From contig CAVYTU010000017.1 of assembly GCA_963771465.1 (NCBI GenBank), positions 416,001-480,000 on the forward strand: a DNA stretch of 64,000 bases, in the 5' to 3' direction. The translations under genes were made by a program, and so were the position numbers. The notes below the pieces were generated by a model. It worked only from the letters and a program-made list of their open reading frames with translations, did not search any database and had not been told where the DNA came from. The stretch comes from an uncultured delta proteobacterium. Lineage in GTDB: Bacteria; Desulfobacterota; Binatia; UBA9968. Positions 30,412-40,384 of the stretch are shown here, piece by piece; within the stretch, counting starts at the first letter, position 1; every line of letters starts with the position of its first letter.

Positions 30412-31272
30412 ATGATTTTGGTTTTGCGTGCGCCCTCGATGAGCGGTTTGCCGTTTTATGTGGCGGAGGATCTCGGATTTTTTGAAAAAGAAGGCGTCAA
30501 GGTTCACTGTATCCATTCGCACGATCCGAAGCGAAGAATCGTCCAACTCTTGGTAGAGGGTGAAATTGCCTTCTACACTTCGATAAGCGCGGTCGTCGAC
30601 GCCGTGACTCAAGGAGTCAAGGTCAAGGCGTTATGCGCGACGAGCAATTCAAAATATCCCTGCGCCGCTAGAGATGACATCCATACTTTTGCCGATCTAA
30701 AGAACAAAAAAGTCATGGTCGGTGGCGGCAGATCGCGCAACGAAGTTTTGTGGTTGTGCCGACACTACGATTGGCAGCCGGATCGTGACCTTGACGTGAT
30801 TTCCGGCGATCTCGCTTCTCGTGCGAAAGCTTTCACCGATCCGACCTTTTCCGCGGTGTTCGGGCGCCCTCAGTACCTGGCTTGGTTAAAGAAAGGTGGA
30901 TTTCATCTGTTGCCCTATCCGGACAAGGACGATGCGTGGCCTGAAGGGTGCCTAGCAACTAGCCAAGCGCTCATCGATGACAAGCCGGACGTTGTGCAAA
31001 AAGCTGTCAACGCGGTCGTAGCGGCCACCGAGTATGCGAGGACCCACAAGGACGAGGCTATTGCTGTTGCGATGAAGCATGTTGGCTATCTCGGCAAAGA
31101 GGCGGTCGAAGGTAATTACGACGTACTCCGTGAATGGTATTCGAGCGATATCAGCGAAACCGCCATCGCTCACATTGTCGAGGTTCTCGAGCTCAAAACC
31201 GCGGGCCGATCGACAAAGCTGGAGGATTTTGCCGACCTTTCGTTCTTGATGCGAACACGGCGAAGCTCGTAA
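30412..31272 (+). CDS. SsuA/THI5(NMT1)-like binding-fold protein without signal peptide
   Basis: LPFYVA.DLGFFEKEG, DLK.KKV, PDVVQK.V.A, DLSFL. Confidence 0.8.
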   Translation: MILVLRAPSMSGLPFYVAEDLGFFEKEGVKVHCIHSHDPKRRIVQLLVEGEIAFYTSISAVVDAVTQGVKVKALCATSNSKYPCAARDDIHTFADLKNKKVMVGGGRSRNEVLWLCRHYDWQPDRDLDVISGDLASRAKAFTDPTFSAVFGRPQYLAWLKKGGFHLLPYPDKDDAWPEGCLATSQALIDDKPDVVQKAVNAVVAATEYARTHKDEAIAVAMKHVGYLGKEAVEGNYDVLREWYSSDISETAIAHIVEVLELKTAGRSTKLEDFADLSFLMRTRRSS

Positions 31273-31437
31273 TGACGAAATATGATCGCTTTGAATAGCC
31301 ACAGGCGATCGTCAGGTTATTAGCAGCATCCCCACCGGCCATTTTTTTCTTTTTACGTTTGACTCGATCACGTTGACGGGTTCTAAAGTTTCTGATTATG
31401 GTGATCTCAGCTAATTCTAACTAAGGAGGACGCGTAC

Positions 31438-31836
31438 ATGGCGCAGATCAAACACATCGCGATCAGTTCGGACGACACCCAAAAGCTGGCTCGTTTCTAT
31501 CAGGAGGTTTTTGGCTTTCGGCCTTCTCGTCCAACGCCGGAGGGACTAAAGACCATTTATCTAACCGACGGCCACGTGGAGTTGACCATTCTAGAGAACA
31601 CGAACCAGCAGAATAGTAACGGCTTGCACCATTTCGGTATCCAGACCGACGATCTGGAAGACACGGTGCGCCGTATCGAAAAGCTCCAACCGGGAAAGTC
31701 GGTTGTCAGGCCGGAATCCAACGCCGCGGAACAAGCCTGGCTCTCGGACGCGGCAGGGAACCATATCTATCTTTCGGTTAATGGTAGGCTCGATTATCAG
31801 CCGATGGAAAAGTATGCCAATCGCAAGAAAAAATGA
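31438..31836 (+). CDS. VOC family protein
   Basis: IKHIAI..D..KLARFY.EVFG, LTDG, GLHHFG.Q.DD; AGGAGG RBS. Confidence 0.88.
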   Translation: MAQIKHIAISSDDTQKLARFYQEVFGFRPSRPTPEGLKTIYLTDGHVELTILENTNQQNSNGLHHFGIQTDDLEDTVRRIEKLQPGKSVVRPESNAAEQAWLSDAAGNHIYLSVNGRLDYQPMEKYANRKKK

Positions 31837-31909
31837 TTGATCGCCTAGGTATCAGTGTTGGCACTGCAAATCTAAAGAGGCGCTCATTGAACAACGAAAG
31901 GAACCGCTC

Positions 31910-32308
31910 ATGAACCAGCTCAGACATTTGGCCATACGAACCGAGGAGCCCGAGAAACTCGTCGCTTTTTATAAAGAAGCCTTTGGCTTTCGCGAAGTCA
32001 ACGAAGGTATGCCACCCGCGCCACTTCAGGAAAGCAGAAGTTTTCATTTGACCGACGGTTATTTCGAACTGGCCATTTTGGGCAACGTGCCCAACCAGAG
32101 TCCAAACGGTTTGTATCACTTCGGCATCAAAGTAGAGGACATGGATGAGACGGCTCGCAAGTTGGAAAGCTTTCAGAAGCATGTCCAGCGCAGGCCGGCA
32201 GATACGTCCTTTGCGGAATTGCGCGTGTCGGATATCGATGGAAATCTCATGGATCTTTCGGTGCACGGTTTCCTGTCATATCAACCCGTGAAATCGGCCA
32301 AGGATTAG
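31910..32308 (+). CDS. VOC family protein (tandem paralog)
   Basis: LRHLAI..E.PEKL..FY.E.FG, LTDG, GLYHFG, D.DGN..DLS. Confidence 0.9.
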   Translation: MNQLRHLAIRTEEPEKLVAFYKEAFGFREVNEGMPPAPLQESRSFHLTDGYFELAILGNVPNQSPNGLYHFGIKVEDMDETARKLESFQKHVQRRPADTSFAELRVSDIDGNLMDLSVHGFLSYQPVKSAKD

Positions 32309-32313
32309 ATGAA

Positions 32314-33498
32314 ATGATGATGCGGTGGTTGCCTGCGGGGTTGTCCAAGATGGGATTTCTTGTTCTGCGTAAGCTGTCAGTCTACGCGCTAGTCCTGCTG
32401 AGTCTCATGACGGCGCCAATTATCCCGGCCGCCGTAGCCGCGGAAAAGCCTGGCTGGCAAGCCGAGTGGGACAAAGCCATCGCCGGCGCTAAGAAAGAAG
32501 GTGCGGTGTATTTGTGGGGTGATATGGAGATTACGCACCCCGATATCGTGGCGGCCTTCACCAAAGAATTTCCATTCATAAAACCGATCACGGTAACCGG
32601 ACGGGTGGGCGACCTGACGATGCGTATTTTGTCGGAGCGCAGAGCGGGGAAATATTTGGCCGACGTTTATAGCGGCGTCATGGGCGGCGCGGCGTTCTAT
32701 GAATTTTACCGCACCGGCGTTCTAGATTCGGTCAAATCCATATTTGTTCTTCCGGAAGTGGCGGATGAATCCAAGTGGCTTGGCGGCAAGCATCATTATG
32801 TCGACCCCGACACCCAACAAATTATTCTTTATGAAGGAAATGTCGCGGGCACGAGCATCTTTTACAACACCGAGTCGGTCAAGCCCAACGACTTCAGCTC
32901 TTACTGGGATATCCTCGACCCGAAGTGGAAAGGCAAGATCGCTATGTTCGAGCGGGTCGGCTCCGGATTCCCGAGTCTGACGCCGGTCTATTATAACTCC
33001 CGTCTCGGCCCCGATTTCATCAAGCGACTGTTGGGCGAGATGAACGTAACGATTTCACGCGACCGCCGCCAAGCAACTGACTGGTTGGGAACCGGCAAGG
33101 TTGTTCTGTGCGTCGGTTGCGCCGATGTGGAGCACGCGAGCCGAGACGGCATACCGGTGGGTGAGTTGGACCGCAAGCACCTTAAGGAGGCCGGCAATAA
33201 TATCGGCCTCAATGGCAACAGCGGGCTTGCGCTGATCGGCAAGCCGGCGCATCCCAATGCGGCCAAGGTGTTTGTCAATTGGTTTCTCTCTCGTAGAGGG
33301 CAGTCGGTTTGGCAGGAAGTGATGAACACCAAGGTCGAAGAACCGTCAAACTCGATGAGAATCGATATCCCGAAGGACAAGGTTCTTGCCGCCGCACGTC
33401 GCGACGAAAAGGTGAAATATACTGTCACCGGCTTCCTGGATCCTGAGCCTCCTACCAAACTCATCGACGAACTTTTGGGCAGGAAAAAGGCGAAATAA
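32314..33498 (+). CDS. ABC transporter extracellular solute-binding protein
   Basis: Signal peptide, EWDK..AGAKKEG, ERRAGKY.AD, LDPKWKGKI, HPNAAKVFVNWFLS..GQ; start codon uncertain. Confidence 0.88.
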   Translation: MMMRWLPAGLSKMGFLVLRKLSVYALVLLSLMTAPIIPAAVAAEKPGWQAEWDKAIAGAKKEGAVYLWGDMEITHPDIVAAFTKEFPFIKPITVTGRVGDLTMRILSERRAGKYLADVYSGVMGGAAFYEFYRTGVLDSVKSIFVLPEVADESKWLGGKHHYVDPDTQQIILYEGNVAGTSIFYNTESVKPNDFSSYWDILDPKWKGKIAMFERVGSGFPSLTPVYYNSRLGPDFIKRLLGEMNVTISRDRRQATDWLGTGKVVLCVGCADVEHASRDGIPVGELDRKHLKEAGNNIGLNGNSGLALIGKPAHPNAAKVFVNWFLSRRGQSVWQEVMNTKVEEPSNSMRIDIPKDKVLAAARRDEKVKYTVTGFLDPEPPTKLIDELLGRKKAK

Positions 33499-33840
33499 TT
33501 AGCGCTTCATCCGACGACCATACGGCTTCGATTTCTCGACTTGTCTTCCTTGCAGATTCCTTCTCGTCCTTGTTCTGTGTGAATCGCGTGTGAATTCGCA
33601 CTTGAAGTGGAGAACCGACCCATCAGTCTTTCCTAAAGACCAATCGAGCCGATTTGCTATACTTCCATGCCTGACGGGAGCTCCCGAGACGTGCCAAAAA
33701 TGGCATCTGCAATCAGGCTTTTTATTGACCCACCGACTGTAGTATAAATTTCTCAAGTAGATGCGCAGAGGATTTCGTCATGATGGTCGATTACGTTGTC
33801 CATGCGGAGTGACTAAACGGCAGATCATAGGAGTAAAACC

Positions 33841-35115
33841 ATGAGCAAATTTGTTGTGACGTTTATCGTGGGAGTTTATTTCTTGATGATGGCTACGGTG
33901 GCGCAGAGCGGCCAAGCGGCGATACAGCTGCCCGAGGGGAACGGTAAAGAGTTGGTCCAGGGGATGTGCACAGCGTGTCATGAGCTGAACCTGATTACCC
34001 GGAGCTCCGGATACAGTCGCGAAGCATGGCGGGAATTGATCGGCACGATGATCAATTTATCCGGCACTCCCGCCCAGGACACGATTACGCAGTATCTAGC
34101 GACCCATTTCCCGGCGAATGATCAACTTAAGCCCACTCTGGTGCGCGGTGAAGCGTCAATTACATTTCGCGAATGGACGGTTCCCACGCCCGGCCAGCGA
34201 GCGCGCGATCCAGTGCAGACGCCGGACGGTTCGATTTGGTGGGCCGGTCAGTATGGCAATATCGTAGGCAAGATCAACCCAAAGACTGGGGAAATGGTGG
34301 AATACACGCTGCCGGATAAAGCCTTGCCACATAGCATTACGCCGGATCGTGACGGAAACATTTGGTACACTGGCAACGGCAACGGCACCATGGGCAAACT
34401 CGATCCGCGCACCGGCATGATCACTGAATACAAAATGCCCGACCCTGCGGCGAAGGATCCACACACTGCGATCTTCGATTCCAAAGGAACGTTATGGTTC
34501 ACTTTGCAGGTAAGCAACATGATCGGCCGCTTGGTGCCGTCGACCGGCGAGATCAAATTGATTACCTCACCGCGAAAAGAGTCCCGTCCTTATGGCATCA
34601 AGCAGGCAGCGGACGGATCGTTATGGGTTGCCTGCAATGGTAGTAATTGTTTGCTTAAGATCGATCCCGAGTCGATGGCGGTGCGGGAATTCAATTTGCC
34701 GGAAAAAACAACCGTGCGCCGGCTCGACATCGCCGGCGACGGCATGATCTGGTACGTCAACTCCGCTCTAGGCCGGCTCGGTCGATTGGATCCCAAAACC
34801 GGCCAATATAAAGAGTGGCCATCGCCGAGCGGATCGAAGTCGCATCCCTACGCGATCGCTGTCGTCGATGGAATCGTCTGGTACAACGAATCAGGACAGC
34901 GTCCGGATGCCCTGGTGCGCTTCGATCCGGCGAACGAGAGATTTCAAAGTTGGCCGATCGCGTCGGGAAATATTTATGCGGGTATCTTGAGGCACATGCG
35001 GCCGACGCCGGACGGAAATCTGTTGATCCACCAGACCAGTACCAACCGGATTATTCTAGTTACGCTGAAACCGAACCGGCCCGCCACGGCAAGCGGTAAA
35101 CCCAGCGGAGGGTGA
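33841..35115 (+). CDS. Exported cytochrome c domain fused to Vgb-like (virginiamycin B lyase) beta-propeller
   Basis: Signal peptide, LPEG.GKELV..CTACH heme motif, repeated DG.IW / G.LDP.TG blades. Confidence 0.88.
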   Translation: MSKFVVTFIVGVYFLMMATVAQSGQAAIQLPEGNGKELVQGMCTACHELNLITRSSGYSREAWRELIGTMINLSGTPAQDTITQYLATHFPANDQLKPTLVRGEASITFREWTVPTPGQRARDPVQTPDGSIWWAGQYGNIVGKINPKTGEMVEYTLPDKALPHSITPDRDGNIWYTGNGNGTMGKLDPRTGMITEYKMPDPAAKDPHTAIFDSKGTLWFTLQVSNMIGRLVPSTGEIKLITSPRKESRPYGIKQAADGSLWVACNGSNCLLKIDPESMAVREFNLPEKTTVRRLDIAGDGMIWYVNSALGRLGRLDPKTGQYKEWPSPSGSKSHPYAIAVVDGIVWYNESGQRPDALVRFDPANERFQSWPIASGNIYAGILRHMRPTPDGNLLIHQTSTNRIILVTLKPNRPATASGKPSGG

Positions 35116-35142
35116 TTGCATAACAGGCAGCGGGGGAGATTG

Positions 35143-36138
35143 ATGTTGAGAGTAAAAAAATTGGCGCTTTGTTTTGCGTTCATAATTACTTTCACCGCTG
35201 TGGCGCAGGGTCAAAGCCTGCCCAAAGTCCGCGCCGCCTACACATCCATCGGCATCCAATTCGATCCGGTTTACATCATGAAGGAACTCGAGCTGCCGCG
35301 GAAATACGGCGTCGATGCCGAAATTCTTTTTGTTCCGGTGAGCTCGCGGGCGGTTCAGGCGGCACTGGCCGGCGAGATTCAGTTCATCACCAGCGCCGGC
35401 GTCGCCAACATCAACGCTAACATGAGCGGCGCCGACTTCGTCGGGCTGACGGCGACGCTCAATACTTTTGTGTTCAAGATCATCGCCAGTCCGGAGATCA
35501 AAAAGCCTGAAATGTTAAAGGGCAAGAAGGTCGGCATTTCGCGGCTCGGCGGCGCCAGCGATTTTTCCATCCGCTACGCGCTGACGCGCTGGGGCTTGGT
35601 TCCCGATAAAGACGTCGCGATTATCCAGGTGGGCGGCGAGCAGGAAGAGTTTTTGGCGCTGCAAAACAAGGCGGTGGATGCCGTCGTTTTATCCGAGCCC
35701 TTCGCGTCGCTAGCGATGCGGTCGGGCGCCGCCGTGCTCGCCGATTTGAGTCAGCTTGGCGTGGCTTATTCGATGCATGGTTTCGGCGCGCGAAAAAGTT
35801 TTATTCAGACAAATCGGGACGTCGTCATCCGATTCATGAAAGCGTATCTCGAGGGCATCTATGTCTTTAAAACGAACAAAGAGCTTGCGCTGAACATCCT
35901 AAAAAAATATACCCGGGTCGATGATCTGTCCCTGGTGCAAGTGTCCTATGACGAAATGTCCCAGAGATTGATCCGTAGAACTCCCCACCCGGACCGCGAA
36001 GGCATTCAAACCATCATCGATCAACTGGCCAAGACTCGCCCGCAAATGAAAAATCTCAACCCCGGTGACTTCATCGATGCGTCGATCTTAAAAGAAATCG
36101 AGGACAGCGGCTTCATTAAAAAGTTATATGGAAATTAG
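35143..36138 (+). CDS. SsuA/NMT1-type ABC substrate-binding protein
   Basis: Signal peptide, LKGKKVGISR.G, GL.PDKDV.I.Q.G, RFMKA..EGI, F.D.S.L.EIE.SGFI; ATG after GGGGAG. Confidence 0.9.
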   Translation: MLRVKKLALCFAFIITFTAVAQGQSLPKVRAAYTSIGIQFDPVYIMKELELPRKYGVDAEILFVPVSSRAVQAALAGEIQFITSAGVANINANMSGADFVGLTATLNTFVFKIIASPEIKKPEMLKGKKVGISRLGGASDFSIRYALTRWGLVPDKDVAIIQVGGEQEEFLALQNKAVDAVVLSEPFASLAMRSGAAVLADLSQLGVAYSMHGFGARKSFIQTNRDVVIRFMKAYLEGIYVFKTNKELALNILKKYTRVDDLSLVQVSYDEMSQRLIRRTPHPDREGIQTIIDQLAKTRPQMKNLNPGDFIDASILKEIEDSGFIKKLYGN

Positions 36139-36167
36139 CGGCACAGTTCCGAGGAGTAATGAACAAT

Positions 36168-36297
36168 CCCGCAGCAAGCTGCGGGGTATCAGAAGGACGC
36201 GACGCGAAATCTTCCAACGGCGTCACCCCCGAATGTTTTATCGGGGGTCCACTCCCGGACCCGCCTGGATTCCCGCTTAAAGCATGCGGGAATGATG
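36168..36297. repeat. Cluster of palindromic repeats
   Basis: CCCGCAGC-AA-GCTGCGGG hairpin (36168-36185) and REP-like CGTCACCCCCGA..TCGGGGGTCC..CTGGATTCCCGC..GCGGGAATGA (36221-36297). Confidence 0.7.
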
Positions 36298-36354
36298 GAC
36301 TTCAGATAGGCGATTAACTTTTCGCAGCGAGCGGCGGCAATCGACGCACAGCGA

Positions 36355-36438
36355 TTGAATATAGTCATCGATGCCGATGCTCACGTGGAAGAATCCGACG
36401 CGATGTTCAGCCTCGATGCTATAAAACGATGCTCATAA
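36355..36438 (+). pseudogene. Amidohydrolase N-terminal remnant
   Basis: Translates IVIDADAHVEESDAMF then stops after 27 codons; resembles the start of the amidohydrolases at 20763 and 23982. Confidence 0.6.
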
Positions 36439-36451
36439 TGGCAGAACACTG

Positions 36452-37304
36452 ATGAACGAGAGCATTGCTTCGACTCGGGTGGACGACCCGATGGTTCCGG
36501 TACCTATCCCGGTGCAGGTGCTGGCCAAGGAGGGGATGGCCGAGCTTCTTCAATACGCGTCTTGGCTATTGGGATACGGGCGGCAGCGGAGAGCCGGTGG
36601 TGTTCCTTCATCCAGCGTCAGGTAGCGCGCTGGTCTGGCTGTACCAGCAGCCTGTTTTCGCGAAAGCCGGCCATCGTGTCATCGCCTATTCGCGCCGCAA
36701 CTATTACAACTCAGACTCGGCGCCCGAGGAGAATCCGGGAACCGGAACGGAGGATCTGCAGAGTCTGATCGAATTCCTCGGCCTCGATCAGTTTCATATC
36801 GTGAGCTCAGCCGCCGGCGGCAGCGTCGCGGCCGACTACGCGCTGTGCCATCCGGAGCGTTTGCTTAGCCTCACGGTGTCCAGTAACAACCTTGCGGCTA
36901 CGAAAGGCTACATCGCCGAAGCCGCCGAAAGGGTCAAACTCAAAGAGTGGGACGATTTGCCGCGTTGGTTTCGCGAGCTCGGGCCTTCCTATCGCGGAGT
37001 CAACCCCGAAGGCGTCGCGAAATGGACCGAACTCAACCACAAATCAGAGACCGGAAGAGGTGCTCGGCAAAAGTTGGTGAATGTTGTGACGCCGGAGAAG
37101 CTGGAAATACTCAAGGTTCGGATGTTGCTCATGACCGGCGCAGCCGATATGTTCACTCCGCCTTCTATTATGCGGATGATCGCGCGCCATGTTCCCAATA
37201 ACGAAGTTGTGATCGTGCCGGAGTGCGGTCATTCTCCCTATTGGGAACAACCCGAGTTCTTTAACCGTACCGTGCTCGGATTCATCGGCCGAAATTCGAA
37301 ATAG
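36452..37304 (+). CDS. Alpha/beta hydrolase with apparent frameshift near 36545-36552
   Basis: ATG 36452 frame gives MNES..PVPIPVQV.AKEGMAEL; adjacent frame continues TRLGYWDTGG.GEPVVFLH, SSAAGG, CGHSPYWE.P..FN. Confidence 0.75.
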
Positions 37305-37436
37305 ACTCGCGGTAAACAATTCGTAATCCTTGTCGCCACAGAGGCGCGGAGTATATGCAGGTCTAATCCCATAACTCCTCGACAGTGAACGATCCGAATT
37401 CAAGTTTCCCTCTTTGAAATTTCTCAGGAGATCGCC

Positions 37437-38511
37437 ATGAAAAAAAGATTTTTCACTACCGTAATTTCGCTCGTGGTTTTCACATGGGCCATCGGCGGCA
37501 ACGCCAACGTCTGCGCAGGAGACCGCCGGCCAGATTTTGGCGAAACTTGAAAAACTTTCGGCCGAAAACCGGCAGAAAGTTCTGGTCGAGAACGCCAGGA
37601 ATGAGAAAGAAGTCACATTTTATAGCTCGCTTCAGACCGTCGATGCGGATATCTACGTGAAGGCGTTTAACAAGCGCTATCCGTTTATCAAGGTCAACAT
37701 CTACCGGATCTCCGGGCAGAAACAGGTGATCATGATCCAATCGGAGTTTAACGCCGGCAGGCATGCCTTCGATGTTACCAACGCTTCAGCCGCACAAGCT
37801 TTTGGAATCAAAAAGACCGGTGCATTGGACCCTTACCAGAGTCCCCAACGGCAATACTTTTCCACCGCACACAAGGATAAGGAAGGATACTTCACTCCGA
37901 CTTATATCGTTCCGGTGGTGCTTGGCTACAACACCAACATGGTCAAGCGCAATGAAGCGCCCAAACGCTATGAAGACCTGCTGGAGCCCAGATGGAAGAG
38001 CAATATGATTTTGGACATCGAGGAGTTTCCCTGGTTTGCCGTGATGCTTAAGCACTATGGCCGGGAAAAAGGTTTGGACTACATGAGGCGGCTGGCCAAA
38101 CAGGAGATCATGATGGGCCGAGGGCGCACGACCCAGGCGCAACTGATCAGCGCCGGGCGAGCGAGCCATCGGCATAGCGCTCAATAGCTCTTCCGTGCTC
38201 GACTTCAAAACTCGCGCGCGCCACTCGATTGGACCATTCTCGATCCTTACTATGCCAAACCCAATATGCTGATGTTTGCGCGCCACGCGCCCCATCCGCA
38301 CGCGGCGGCGCTATTGATCGACTGGACGCTCTCCGAGGAAGGACAGTCTCTACTGGCAAGCTTAGATTATGTGGTGGCCCGCAAGGGCGTGAAACAAAGT
38401 GTACCGGCCCTATTGGAAAAGGAGAGCTTTCTCGCCGATCCCGACTTTATTGGTCCGATCCTGGAGGACGTCGGCAGAGACTTTCGCAGCGTATTCACCG
38501 GCGGTCGTTAG
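37437..38511 (+). pseudogene. ABC solute-binding protein gene with three apparent indels
   Basis: RBS+ATG 37437 signal peptide is out of frame with the body (shift ~37500); +1 shift ~38155 and -1 shift ~38215 bracket a TAG; C-terminus APHPHAAALLIDW.LSEEGQ intact. Confidence 0.78.
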
Positions 38512-38513
38512 AC

Positions 38514-38923
38514 TGACGCTCCACGGCGGATCCGCCTGGACAGCGCTTCGACCTTTAACTGGCGGTCTGAACTCAGAGCGAAAGAGGGTCTTAGTCGAAA
38601 CCATTTTGTCGTGTCTCGACGAATCAGTATCATTCGCTGAAACAGAGAAAGCTATCGAGACAAAATCAAACCTCAACTACGAAGCCCTAGAAATGATCGC
38701 TTCGTCACTTTGTCTGGACATTGATTGCTTAATTGGTTGGAAATCGCATCTAAACGTTCTGGTACACCTCCGAAATAACATTGCACACGGATCGCGACCA
38801 ACTTCTTTGACCTTTTCGGATTTCGATCAGAATGCGTCCATCACGTTACAGCTGATGGAAAACTTTGAAAACGTTCTTGTTAACGCTTTGATGACAAAAT
38901 CGTATTTCGCGCACGCGGCTTAA
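38514..38923 (+). pseudogene. HEPN RNase (MAE_28990/MAE_18760-like) C-terminal fragment
   Basis: TKSNL and LV.LRNNIAHG (RxxxxH) motifs; no credible start codon or RBS; more AT-rich than flanks by eye. Confidence 0.7.
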
Positions 38924-39107
38924 GTAGGTTTGTCTGACGGCTCTCGCAAGGGCCAACGATTTTAACAATCTTAATCAGAGCACGGATCACTTTCACGACT
39001 AGGGGGGATTAGAGTCAGGCGTGGAAACATTGCAACTTCGCTCGTTTCGTTCGGAATGAATCTGTCCACCTCCCTGCCGGAAGAAGCTTCGCCTTTGCTC
39101 CTTGCTC

Positions 39108-40199
39108 TCAGGGCGACTTCAGGATCTCCTTGATGCGCAGCCTTACCCTTTCGCCTTCCTTGGCAGTGAAATTCCAATCGTCGGCATCGAAGTAGTTCAC
39201 ACCTGGACGTGGAACGACTCGACGATCCAGAAACGACTCGTCGACATCATTGCGGAGGGTTGCGGCGCTGTAACCACGCGAATAGATTTCCAGCCCTTCC
39301 TTGGATACCAGCCAGTTGGCGAATACCTGCGCAGCGTAGGGGTGGGGAGCTTTGTTCGCGACGCTCAACAGCCAAGGGGATGAGCCAACGAAGGCTCGCA
39401 TGTCGGACAGGTCGAAGATGTCCAAAATCTTGAAGCCTTCTTGGCGCAGCCGATCCGAATCCTCGGTACGGCAAGTTAGGCAGATGGGGTAAGTACCGCG
39501 CCCTAGCCAATCCGCGGCCTGTCTCCGTTCGCGGGAGACGATCGGTTTCTGATCAATGTAGAGTTTTTTGAAAAACTCCTCGCCAAGCTGGAGGTAGAAA
39601 AGCGCCGCTTGCGCCGCTGGTCGCCCGGTAGACGTTGGATCCTCAGTTGTAATCTTCCCTCGCCACTTGGGACTCAAGAGATCCTTTGCCGAGCCGATCT
39701 CCTCAGGCTTGACATACTCGGCATTGATCGGGAAGAACTCTCTAGTCTTATTGAACACGCGCAGGACATATCTTTCTTCGGGGTCGACGAACCAGAGATT
39801 TCGCCTTTTCCATTTTGTCGGATCCACGACTTCCGGGAGAACGAGCAGGGGCCTTAGCGGAGCAATCGCTTTCTCTGCGTAAAGAACTTTGGCCGTGGTA
39901 TCGGGACCGAACAAAAAGACATCAAACGAATGGATTCCGGCCGAGCGCTCAGTGGCAACCCGGCTGGCAAGGTCACCCGATCGCCCAGCGAGATATTCAA
40001 CGGCAATGCCGAAGCGGGCCATAAACTTGGGCATGATCTGATTTCGAAACGTCGCATCAGGAGAACCCGCGACGACCACCCGGCCTTCATTCTTGGCGGC
40101 CGCAAGGATTTGATTCCAATCCTTTGGCTTATCTTTCTCCTGCGCCCAGCAAGAAAACGCCACTCCGATAAGCATCATCAATACGATAACGATTTTCAT
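39108..40199 (-). CDS. ABC transporter extracellular solute-binding protein
   Basis: Signal peptide, W..ILAAAKNEG.V, LL.PKWRGKI, APHP.AA.VF.NWL.SKEG. Confidence 0.88.
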   Translation of the reverse strand: MKIVIVLMMLIGVAFSCWAQEKDKPKDWNQILAAAKNEGRVVVAGSPDATFRNQIMPKFMARFGIAVEYLAGRSGDLASRVATERSAGIHSFDVFLFGPDTTAKVLYAEKAIAPLRPLLVLPEVVDPTKWKRRNLWFVDPEERYVLRVFNKTREFFPINAEYVKPEEIGSAKDLLSPKWRGKITTEDPTSTGRPAAQAALFYLQLGEEFFKKLYIDQKPIVSRERRQAADWLGRGTYPICLTCRTEDSDRLRQEGFKILDIFDLSDMRAFVGSSPWLLSVANKAPHPYAAQVFANWLVSKEGLEIYSRGYSAATLRNDVDESFLDRRVVPRPGVNYFDADDWNFTAKEGERVRLRIKEILKSP

Positions 40200-40280
40200 A
40201 TTATTATAGCTCTCGATTTTCGCGGCCTGGGCAAATTTTATCAGCGGCCTTTGCCTCTAGTTACCGGCGCTTAGGATATT

Positions 40281-40353
40281 CTCGCGCCAAGACGCCGAGC
40301 ACGCAAAGTTCGGATACGTTTTTTTCTTGGCGCTTTTTGCACCTTTGCGCGAG
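40281..40353. repeat. Intergenic imperfect inverted repeat
   Basis: CTCGCGCCAAGACGCC..GCAAAG ... CTTGGCGC..CTTTGCGCGAG. Confidence 0.6.
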
Positions 40354-40384
40354 TCACTCCGATTTGCTTGGGGCTTTTGCCACA

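Noticed and set aside
35113-35118. TGA of the cytochrome c-Vgb gene in frame with the next ORF
   Set aside because: The downstream gene has its own RBS, ATG (35143) and signal peptide; no UxxC context.
36168-36190. Hairpin resembling IS200/IS605-type ends
   Set aside because: No tnpA/tnpB nearby; recorded only as a repeat.
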